The position numbers and the translations under genes were made by a program. DNA of 62,508 nucleotides, counting the filler, from Stramenopiles sp. TOSAG23-3 (taxonomy: Eukaryota), in assembly GCA_900128585.1 (NCBI GenBank). It is 6 parts of 6 records of this genome, joined end to end, with 100 filler letters (N's around TTAATTAATTAA, not from the genome) between each part and the next. Parts side by side here need not be neighbours in the genome. Positions count along the whole stretch, not along the records: positions 26,962 to 53,764 come from LT642267.1; positions 53,865 to 55,950 come from LT645093.1; positions 56,051 to 58,136 come from LT645094.1; positions 58,237 to 60,322 come from LT645095.1; positions 60,423 to 62,508 come from LT645096.1; 1 more part is not named here. One strand, 5' to 3'. Within the stretch, counting starts at the first letter, position 1; each line of letters opens with the position of its first letter. The notes beneath the pieces were generated by a model. That model did no database searches, was not told where the DNA came from, and worked only from the letters and a program-made list of their open reading frames with translations. This document shows, in pieces, positions 51,481 to 60,580 of this stretch.

Positions 51481-53349
51481 ATGTGCTGTTGCAAGAAAGG
51501 AGACCCGGACACCCGCGGGTTCGACAAGGACCCCGATGGGAACTTTGCCATTGACACTGAAAGCCGTAAGTGTACGGATCTCCTCTGTTGCCTCGTCTTC
51601 ATTGTATTTTGGATCGGCGTCATTGCTGTTGGTGCCATGGCTGCATTGGGCGGAGACAGATACGTCGTATCGAACGGGTTCCAAATTGATGGTAGAATCT
51701 GTGGCCTTACAGAAGACGCCACACCGCACAAGGGCGCGGGCGTAAAGTTCGACAAAGTCATCTTGCCAGGTCCACTATGGGCGAGTGAAACTGCTACCTG
51801 GTCAACTACAGCTACCAACTACACGGTGTGCACAGACAAATGCCCAGAGAAGAAAGGTGCCCTATTTAATGTCAACCTCTATGACAGCAAAACTAAGAAA
51901 ATGACCGAAAAGAAGATGTATGCAGTTTACTCCACTAAGTTAGTTAAAGTCGGTACGTTACAGACTTGCTTCTACCAAACGAACGGTACCGCGCATACTG
52001 CCACCCTCCAAGATGCTATCAATGGCGTTGTGGACGCGGCCCCGGGGATTGCTATCGGTGCTGTGGTTTGCATCTTGATGATCGGGGTTTTCTTCGTCAT
52101 TGTAAGAAAATGTATGGGATTCCTCATTTGGACGGCGATCTCGCTGGTCGCGATTGGACTTCTTGGAATGGCAGGGATATTCTTCCAATCCTCCACGAAC
52201 GAGGACCACAGTGCCGACCAACAGAACAGCTACCGGTCGTTTGGAATCATCATGATCGTGTTGTTTGTTATTTATTGTGCCGTCATGTGCTTTCTGCGAA
52301 GCAGAATCAAGTTCGCCATCATGATGATGGAGGAAGTTACGCATGCACTGGAGGACATGAAGACCATGTTTCTTCTCCCCCCGTTAAAATTTCTCGCGAT
52401 CGCAATATTTTACATTCTGTGGATAGCAATTGCCGGTGGATTGGCAACGGCGGGAAAGTTCCAGGATGCTCCCAACGCTACCGCACTCACAGAAACAGAC
52501 ATTAACGGGAAAGAATGGGAAGTAAAGCCTCAAGAGATGGCTTACGACGAAGGGCTTCAAAACGCCGTGTATTTCCACATGTTTGCAGCAATATGGGTGA
52601 ACGCGTTCTTGATCGCCATGATGAACTTCACGGTTGCAAGTTCGTTTGCGCAATGGTACTTTGCCCCTAGGGAAAACGGCAAGAAAACCCTCGTGAAACC
52701 AGTGACGGAAGCACTTCGCCTTGCCTGGACGAAGCACATTGGGACCATGGTGTTTGGCTCTTTGATTGTTGCCATTGCCACGGCCGTTAAACACATCGTC
52801 GATTATATGCTGGAGCAAGCCAAGAAGCAATCTGGAAACAACAGAGCCGTCAAGCTAGTTGCCTGCGTCATGAAATGCCTCACCCGATGCATCGAAAGCT
52901 GCCTGAAATACATCTCCACCCAAGCGTACATTTTCACCGCAATCCATGGTACTAATTTCTGGTCGTCGTGCGTTAGCCTGTTCAAGTTCATCTCGGCCAA
53001 TCCCCTCCGCATCGGGGTTGCCCAATCGCTTGGCCGCATCGTGGTAGGCCTGGGGCGCAACTTTGTGTTGTGTTTCACCATGCTAATCACCTTCTTGTTG
53101 ATGACGTACGTCGAACCAATGAAAACACAAATCAACAGCCCGTACTTGGCGCTCTTCGTGGTGTTCGCCATTGCATTTGTAATGTGCGTCGTGGCGTTTG
53201 AAGTGTTTGGAATGGGAATGGACACCCTAATCATGTGCTTCATTGCGGACGAATCCATGAACGACGGGGCCGCTGTCCATTCGGACCGCTTGAGAGCCAA
53301 GATGGACCAAATGCCGGGAGCCTCCACTACAAACCCAGTCAAAAGTTAA
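51481..53349 (+). CDS. Choline transporter-like protein (CTL/SLC44/Pns1)
   Basis: RKCTDLLCCLVF, GRICG, VCTDKCP, FLRSRI, AQWYF, HIGTMVFGSLI, CLKYISTQAYIFTAIHGTNF, MDTLIMCFIAD; about 10 TM segments; ATG 51481. Confidence 0.93.
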   Translation: MCCCKKGDPDTRGFDKDPDGNFAIDTESRKCTDLLCCLVFIVFWIGVIAVGAMAALGGDRYVVSNGFQIDGRICGLTEDATPHKGAGVKFDKVILPGPLWASETATWSTTATNYTVCTDKCPEKKGALFNVNLYDSKTKKMTEKKMYAVYSTKLVKVGTLQTCFYQTNGTAHTATLQDAINGVVDAAPGIAIGAVVCILMIGVFFVIVRKCMGFLIWTAISLVAIGLLGMAGIFFQSSTNEDHSADQQNSYRSFGIIMIVLFVIYCAVMCFLRSRIKFAIMMMEEVTHALEDMKTMFLLPPLKFLAIAIFYILWIAIAGGLATAGKFQDAPNATALTETDINGKEWEVKPQEMAYDEGLQNAVYFHMFAAIWVNAFLIAMMNFTVASSFAQWYFAPRENGKKTLVKPVTEALRLAWTKHIGTMVFGSLIVAIATAVKHIVDYMLEQAKKQSGNNRAVKLVACVMKCLTRCIESCLKYISTQAYIFTAIHGTNFWSSCVSLFKFISANPLRIGVAQSLGRIVVGLGRNFVLCFTMLITFLLMTYVEPMKTQINSPYLALFVVFAIAFVMCVVAFEVFGMGMDTLIMCFIADESMNDGAAVHSDRLRAKMDQMPGASTTNPVKS

Positions 53350-53413
53350 GAAAGCGCGCTGAAGGGAGGACGTTTGGTGAGGACCAGGCGCCCCAGAAAC
53401 CATTTTAAAATAT

Positions 53414-53512
53414 AAAAAAAAAAAACTAAGGATATAGTATGTTTTAAGACTCTCAAGATTATCCCAATTGTAGAACTGATCTAACTTTGCGACTGCTAAA
53501 GCAAAATTCATA
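53414..53512. repeat. Dispersed ~90-bp repeat, copy 2
   Basis: Aligns with 30395-30486 in the same orientation. Confidence 0.85.
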
Positions 53513-53764
53513 CGTTTTATTAAAGATTGTTTTTTAAGTTTTTTTTTAAGTTTTTACACTTGAAAAGAAGCCCAGCGCAATAAACATACGTCTTGAAATT
53601 GTGACACTCCTCGTCGTGGTATTTAGTTCGTTCGTATGATTCCAAGTCTTTGGAAATGGGTTGGGTTGGGTTGGGTGTCTTAGTTGGTCGTGGTCGGTAC
53701 TTTCGGTAATCTCTCTCGAGGATTCTAGATTCTAGATCTTCCGTTTGAAAATTTGGAGACAATG

Positions 53765-53864
53765 NNNNNNNNNNNNNNNNNNNNNNNNNNNNNNNNNNNN
53801 NNNNNNNNTTAATTAATTAANNNNNNNNNNNNNNNNNNNNNNNNNNNNNNNNNNNNNNNNNNNN
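53765..53864. other. Artificial contig spacer
   Basis: 44 N + TTAATTAATTAA + 44 N. Confidence 0.97.
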
Positions 53865-54118
53865 CCTCGGTGATTGACAACCAACAATGAAACAAAACTA
53901 CAGAACCAAGTTAGGATTAGGGTATGAGGACGCTAAATTTAATGACTTAAATAACAGCCAATTTTTTTGTTTTAAAATTTTCGTAAGCTTACGTTTTAAA
54001 TTTGAGAGCGGTGTAGACTTTAAATGTCTTTCAAGTACCAGGCACGTTGTATTTTCGCGCAGACCCCCTCTAATAAAATCTCTCTCCGATTCTCGAATCG
54101 CTCACTCATCTTCAGCTT

Positions 54119-55948
54119 TTACTTGACATCCCCTGCGATGCCAGGGTCTGGTTTTTTCGTGCTTCCGCCTCCTGGATGCTGTATGTTATCCACAGAGGCC
54201 ATCGCGTTGCTGTAATAGTCCGCGTAGAACTTCGCGTAGTAGTCAGAATAGTACGCACTGTAATAGTTGTTGTAGTACGAAGACTCTGGCGAGTAGTGGC
54301 ACTTTTTACAGTCTTTGTGATTGTAATAACACTGGTGACACCAGTAATCTTGGTCTTTGTTGTGCGTCATCGCTTTGCTTACCGTCGGAACGACCGCATG
54401 CGTTACAGAAAGGGTTAGGAGATGGATCAGTGAAAGTTTCAACGCGCGAACAGTCAATGGGGCCACAGTGCCGGTGAATCCGTCAGGGATACTTTCTTCC
54501 AATATGTCTTGGATTGACTCGTGCAACGGAGGCTCGGCGTCATCTACGACACCATCACCAATGTATGATGGGAGTTCGTCTACTAAGGCAGTGGTGACAT
54601 CTGTGGTTACCCCTGGGACAATAACATCTGCTACTTGAACCGAGACTTCCGTAGTCACTTCCGTAGATATCATGGTGGACAATTCTTCCGGGATATCATT
54701 AACGGCGACTTCTTCGGTTGAGGTAATAATTGCTTCCGCTGCTGTTGGCTCTTGAACCGTGCCAAAGCTAGTGAGTATGGTAGTCGTAAGCTCTGGAACA
54801 ATAGGTGGAACGACGATGTCGATGGGGCCTGGTGGAGGGTCAGCCTCGGGGTCTTCGGCACACTCTCCCCCCTTCCCTCCCTTCCCTCCCTTCCCGCACT
54901 TTTCATCACCCTTTCTCACTTTCATCGCAACCAACATTTGCTGCTTGAACTGTACAAATGAGAAAGAATTTTTTTCGTCAATGTCATCGGGGTCATGACT
55001 TTCATCGTTATTATCATTCTGATCCAGTTCTATAAGATCCAACATATGTGAAGTTTCGTCGTCATCGTCGTCCTCCTCGTCACTTTCCTCGTCATCGTCG
55101 TCCTCCTCGTCACTTTCCTCGTCGGAATGCCTTTGAACGTAGGGCAGGGGGCTAAATCTGACGGAGGATTCATGGTCGTCTTCCTTCCTATCGTCATCTT
55201 CCTCCGTGTCGTCATCTGATATTTCTGTATAGTTTAGGCGAGTAAATTTATGAAAAGGATTCGAAGTAGACGCGACTTTTTTCATAAATCGGTTGACCAA
55301 GCGCTTACTTTTCAACCGTTTAAACCTCAATTCTTCTTCCGCAGAAAGCGCCGAAGAGTTCAATCGTGCATTTTCGTCGTCGTCGTCGTCCTCCTCCTCC
55401 TCATCGTTCGCATCCTCGTCGTCGTCGCCCGCTTCATCCTCTCCACCCTCGGCAGCCTTTTTACGGTTTTCACCCGTAGCATTAGTGGCAAATCTCAGTG
55501 TAGCGGCAGGCGGCGGGGCTTCTTCATCCCCTTCATCGTCATCTTCCTCGTCTTCGTCAGCCTTTTTACGGTTTTCACCCGTAGCCCCAGAAGCAAATTT
55601 CAGTTTAGAAAGCGCCGAAGAGTTCAATTGTACATTTTCGTCGTCGTCGTCGTCGTCGTCGTCATCCTCTTCTTCCTCATCGTTCGCGTCCTCCTCGTTG
55701 GAAGCAAATCTCAGTGTAGCGGCAGCCGGCGGCACTTCTTCATCATCGTCCTCTTCGTCCTCCTCGTCCTCCTCGTCGGAAGCAAATCTCAGTGTAGCGG
55801 CAGCCGGCGGCACTTCTTCATCAACTTCATCCTCTTCTAAATCACAAGGGGACGGTGGTGGGGGCTTGCACTCCGAGGTCAATTTCATCTCTAGCAGCTT
55901 CATTCCGGGATACATGCCCAATCCGGCTCCTTGTCCTGGGCGAACCCC
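54119..55948 (-). CDS. 5'-truncated acidic repeat protein with a Cys/His and Tyr-rich C-terminal domain
   Basis: Frame open to the contig edge. Internal repeats EEVPPAAATLRFAS, LNSSALS and ATGENRKKA with D/E runs. C-terminus WCHQCYYNHKDCKKCHYSPESSYYNNYYSAYYSDYYAKFYADYY. Confidence 0.8.
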   Translation of the reverse strand, partial: GVRPGQGAGLGMYPGMKLLEMKLTSECKPPPPSPCDLEEDEVDEEVPPAAATLRFASDEEDEEDEEDDDEEVPPAAATLRFASNEEDANDEEEEDDDDDDDDDENVQLNSSALSKLKFASGATGENRKKADEDEEDDDEGDEEAPPPAATLRFATNATGENRKKAAEGGEDEAGDDDEDANDEEEEDDDDDENARLNSSALSAEEELRFKRLKSKRLVNRFMKKVASTSNPFHKFTRLNYTEISDDDTEEDDDRKEDDHESSVRFSPLPYVQRHSDEESDEEDDDDEESDEEDDDDDETSHMLDLIELDQNDNNDESHDPDDIDEKNSFSFVQFKQQMLVAMKVRKGDEKCGKGGKGGKGGECAEDPEADPPPGPIDIVVPPIVPELTTTILTSFGTVQEPTAAEAIITSTEEVAVNDIPEELSTMISTEVTTEVSVQVADVIVPGVTTDVTTALVDELPSYIGDGVVDDAEPPLHESIQDILEESIPDGFTGTVAPLTVRALKLSLIHLLTLSVTHAVVPTVSKAMTHNKDQDYWCHQCYYNHKDCKKCHYSPESSYYNNYYSAYYSDYYAKFYADYYSNAMASVDNIQHPGGGSTKKPDPGIAGDVK

Positions 55949-55950
55949 AC

Positions 55951-56050
55951 NNNNNNNNNNNNNNNNNNNNNNNNNNNNNNNNNNNNNNNNNNNNTTAATT
56001 AATTAANNNNNNNNNNNNNNNNNNNNNNNNNNNNNNNNNNNNNNNNNNNN
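55951..56050. other. Artificial contig spacer
   Basis: 44 N + TTAATTAATTAA + 44 N. Confidence 0.97.
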
Positions 56051-57479
56051 TCCTTCCTTCCTTCCTTCCTTCCTTCCTTCCTTCCTTCCTTCCTTCCTTC
56101 CTTCATTCTCATTGTAAAACAAGATTTATGTCATTTTAAGGTCCCTATGGTATGTGTATATTATTAAAAAAGGCGCAAAGCTGAATGAAATGAAAGGCTT
56201 GTCAAATGGTTTTCTTCCTTGTACTTGTAGTGTCCTAATATTATTAGTGATTTCCTGTTTATAGATGGTGCGAAAAAGAAAAAAAAGCCATTTTATGATT
56301 AATTAATTTGGTATTCTAATGTCCCTTTCAAGTATAAATTATTGTCCTTTGATTGTGTAAATCGATGAAATCTTCCTATAGTTAGTATAGTTATTTAAAC
56401 CAAATAATTCACTATTATTAAACAAGTCGTCTATTTAATTTATAACTTAAAACGATAGACCACTACTAAAATAGTATAAAAAATTATATAATAAATGTAC
56501 TGCTTCAACTGTAGTTATATATAATAGTAGAAATGATTCTTCCTTTTCACGTAAAATAGCTCTTTGGAGAGAGAGCTGACAACGAACGTTTTCTGAAAAC
56601 ACATTCATAGGAAATACCGAAAAACTTTATAAGTATAAAAGTTGTATTGTGAGCTTTTATTTCTGAATGATCTAAAATTTTTGGCTGTTTATGGTAAGAT
56701 TTCCTGTTTTGTATGTATAGGCAAAACATTGTGAATTTAAGTATAAGAAGACTATATACTTGACGAAATATCGTATAATTTAACTGTATGGTATTTCTGT
56801 AATTAAATCTCGTTCGTTTAGCTATTTAAAAGTTGTTTTGTAAATAGAGAAAAGAAAGTGTCATAAGTATAAATAATTATATACTTTAATTTGTTTTAGT
56901 ATACACTTTTTTATATTTATGACACTTTCGTTTTATCTATTTAAAAATTGATTTTAGTATACACTTTTTTTATACTTATGACACTTTTGTTATATCTTAA
57001 ACCCCTAGGCGTGCACACACATCTTTTTTTCACATTTTTTACCAACTGATTTAATGCTGTGTTTATATTATTAAGTTTACAGTATAATCAGAGCATACCC
57101 CCACCCCTGTCAACTAATCGTGCAAAGTACAATATTAATGTTATAGTCGTTCTACCGTAATAAACTAACCCAAGTTGTCTACTCGAACCACCCCGGAGTG
57201 AGTGAATTGATATGGCTCTTGTTAGAGGCGACCCCATCTGTTGGGATAGGAACCATATTTTGTTATTGGCATTTGAAGTAAGGTCTGGTAAAAACATTTT
57301 AAAGTTTTAAAGAGAATACTTCTTGAAGAAAATAACGAATGCCCTATACAACCCAACAATATTCATCCTTAATTTATTTTGAAATACGAGTAGCGAAAAA
57401 CAGAGGTAAGTCTGCGATGAAGAGATTTCCATACACATACAACACACGGAAAGCGACAAAACAATTTCAAAAAAGGTCT

Positions 57480-58136
57480 CTAAACCTTAACACACAACTT
57501 CGCAGTTACCCTTTTTGTAAACAGTCCCATAGCAACAAAATACTCAACTTCGCATTTACCGTTCTTGTAAACAGTCCCGTAGCTACAACAACTGTCGCTG
57601 CGGCAACTTGTCGTAGGTGATTGTGTCACGGTATCCTCGTTTCCATAATTGCATTTATCTGATGTCCATGTCATAAAATTATCACCATTACACCCTTTCC
57701 CACGGCCGATACCACTTACTAATTCACCTTTTGTGCACACGCGTCCACCACTATTAGAACAAATTATACTTGCCTCTTCGTACGTTTTTCCACGTGGGTA
57801 ACAATCTCCAGTACTATATTTTCTTATCAAATTCGAGTTTGAGGTACCACAGCATGAAACAGTAATATCTGCATTTTGGCCGAACGGTGGATTAGATGTT
57901 TTTGAATTTGTTTTTGCCGAACACTCTGGAAATCCTTCTCCATTCCCTTTGATAATGTAATGTTCTTCTTCCTTTTCATAGCATGAAGCATTTTTTGAAA
58001 ACTGCCCATTTGAACTGCACAATCCTGGGGAAGTGCATAGCAACGTTTTTTTCAGCGGTATTAGTGTACACGTTACACCTTCCTCTACTAAGTTGCCACT
58101 TTGGCAATTGGTTGATCCTCCCTCAAACATTGCAAG
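57480..58136 (-). CDS. 5'-truncated Cys-rich extracellular protein fragment
   Basis: Cys-rich modules, including TYEEASIICSNSGGRVCTKGEL...GKGCNGDNFMTWTSDKC (Link/C-lectin-like pattern). Codon usage is AT-rich. Confidence 0.65.
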   Translation of the reverse strand, partial: LAMFEGGSTNCQSGNLVEEGVTCTLIPLKKTLLCTSPGLCSSNGQFSKNASCYEKEEEHYIIKGNGEGFPECSAKTNSKTSNPPFGQNADITVSCCGTSNSNLIRKYSTGDCYPRGKTYEEASIICSNSGGRVCTKGELVSGIGRGKGCNGDNFMTWTSDKCNYGNEDTVTQSPTTSCRSDSCCSYGTVYKNGKCEVEYFVAMGLFTKRVTAKLCVKV

Positions 58137-58236
58137 NNNNNNNNNNNNNNNNNNNNNNNNNNNNNNNNNNNNNNNNNNNNTTAATTAATTAANNNNNNNN
58201 NNNNNNNNNNNNNNNNNNNNNNNNNNNNNNNNNNNN
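58137..58236. other. Artificial contig spacer
   Basis: 44 N + TTAATTAATTAA + 44 N. Confidence 0.97.
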
Positions 58237-59094
58237 CAAGATCAGCTGCCCGATCTGCTCGTCCATTAGCCGTGCTAGGCCATTGGCCTTACACGAATGC
58301 CGCCACACGAGGCAGTCCAAACTACAGTTTAAAATGATCCCAGCTGCACCATTCTTTTCGCCAGCGCTAATTTTGCCATAGACGTCGCACTGTTCTGTCA
58401 GCTGCACCAAAACAAATTTGCCCTTGGACTCTTTTGCGTCCGGCAACGTGCACGTCGATGCAGCGGCTACAACCGTTCCCGACGTGCAACTTGTCGCCGT
58501 CGCATTGTCGCTACAAGGCCAAATTGCCCAACCATACTGCCCATCCAAACGAGGTATAGCAGGGCCGCTAGAGGTCGCAACAGAAACATACCTCTCACGA
58601 GTCAACAGAGAGGAGAACACGGTCTCAAAAAAACTCGGTAGTTCCTCCCCAAAAAACAAGGATTGCTTGATACTGGCCTTTTCACTGTCGCTCAAGGGCA
58701 AAGACCCCAGCCGATTGTATATTTTATCTCTCACTTGAACCAGGATGTTCTTTTGTCCTGGCGAAGAAAAGAACATAAAGGTAGTCGAATAGGCCATTCC
58801 GGAAGGTGCAGCAAACCCATCTCTCAGAAATGTGTCGATAGAAACGTTGCAGTTGAAAAAATTCATAACAAAAAGATCGACTTCATCTATTCGAAGTGCG
58901 ACAACATTCTTCCCATTGAGCGGTCCACTATCCTGCGAGTAAACGTAAGGACTCGTGTAATTGCCCAACGCATTTACCGTGAACGTGGGCGCAAAATCCC
59001 CGGGCTGATACGGCTGCGGCACAGCTGCAAGAGCACAGGCAGCCACGTTGAAAACAAGTGCCGCCAATAAAGATACGGACAAAACGAAACTCAT
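58237..59094 (-). CDS. Secreted protein with a thioredoxin-like N-terminus and a PA (protease-associated) domain, 3' truncated
   Basis: Signal peptide MSFVLSVSLLAALVFNVAACALA; PGDFAPTFTV (redoxin-like start); PA motif KGKFVLVQ...CDVYGKISAGEKNGAAGIIL. Confidence 0.72.
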
Positions 59095-59659
59095 AATAAT
59101 GCTCGTTTTTCACTTGTTTCGGTGTTTTCCCCAACCTAACCTTCTTTTTTTCTGTCTTCTATCTCAGTTTTATCTGTCCTTTTGTTTCCTTTCAGCTAAC
59201 TATACATTAGTTTTCTTCAAAAATAAATAATACATCATGTGGTGAATATATCTCCTCTTCTTGGTTCTTGGTGCACCAATAATTTCGCCAACGGTATACG
59301 GTGTAAATCAAGTTTCAGAATTCAGAATTACATTTTAGTCTTCTAGACGACACCCCCCATCCCCCATCATCATATCCTCCTCCCCAATATTATTATAATA
59401 ATAATAATTCTTTAATAAAAAAATATTATGATGGATGACGGATGACTTCTAACTAAATATACACTGTACGGTGTACGGTACGGTACCGGTACTCTCTTTA
59501 ATGTAATTCATCATTCGTTGTTTTTTTATATGCAGTACCACTTATATATGTAATCGGTTTTGTGATATCACAAATAGTTTTCTACACAACGTGCAAATAA
59601 ATCATTGCACACAAAAACTAGAATAGGATTTTTCCATTGTGCTGCTTGCTCCGGCCTAC

Positions 59660-60148
59660 ATGTTCTGGGCTGTTTTATTGTTCACCTGCATTGTGCAGGG
59701 AACTTCTCAAGATACAAACGATGGGATGTACGTTCCGGGGATAAAGTATGATGGTGAGTCGTGGAACGAGGCAATTCGCCAAAGATTTCAAAAAACGGAT
59801 GAAGATGTGGCCAAATTCTTAAACCCAGAGGAAAATTCTCTTCCCTTTTCACCTGAAGAATCAACGGGCGAAATTACATCAGAGAACCTAGGTAATATAT
59901 ATTTTGAATTGGGGAAAATCCGTTATAATGCAGCGCAAAAGTCTGGAGATATCCTTGCCGCGGAAGAGGCTGTAGAGCATCTTGAAAGAGCAATTTCGCT
60001 CAATCAGGCAAACACTGAATTTAAAGGTGTACTGCCCACTTGGACAGAACTGTCAAATGGACTGAAAATGAGTGAAGCGCTTAGCGAAGCATTGCCTTTG
60101 CCTGAACCACAGCCAGAACCTGAACCACCAATTGGTTCATTGCCGTAA
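59660..60148 (+). CDS. Small secreted protein with a TPR-like helix pair and a Pro/Glu tail
   Basis: MFWAVLLFTCIVQG signal peptide; IYFELGKIRY...EEAVEHLERAISLN; PEPQPEPEPP. Confidence 0.65.
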   Translation: MFWAVLLFTCIVQGTSQDTNDGMYVPGIKYDGESWNEAIRQRFQKTDEDVAKFLNPEENSLPFSPEESTGEITSENLGNIYFELGKIRYNAAQKSGDILAAEEAVEHLERAISLNQANTEFKGVLPTWTELSNGLKMSEALSEALPLPEPQPEPEPPIGSLP

Positions 60149-60322
60149 AATGCAGGGAAAGCAAATGACCGCCACAAGGTAGGATTCTAACGAGTGAATT
60201 TGTTAAATGAAGCGTAATTTGGTGCTTTATTGATTCTTACCACTTAAAAACAAGAAAATTGGCTGTTATTTAAGTAATTAAAATTAATGTACTGCGAACT
60301 GAAAACTGAAAACTGAAATCTA

Positions 60323-60422
60323 NNNNNNNNNNNNNNNNNNNNNNNNNNNNNNNNNNNNNNNNNNNNTTAATTAATTAANNNNNNNNNNNNNNNNNNNNNN
60401 NNNNNNNNNNNNNNNNNNNNNN
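60323..60422. other. Artificial contig spacer
   Basis: 44 N + TTAATTAATTAA + 44 N. Confidence 0.97.
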
Positions 60423-60580
60423 AGCAAAAAATAAAACAAACTCTAGATGCTGTGTCTATATTATTACAATCAACTAACTCCTCCGGGGTTACAACTATTT
60501 CATTTGTGCTTGTATTAACTACAGGTATTCGTATACTAGTCGTCAATAATTTACTATTATATAGTTCTACACGCCCATAT

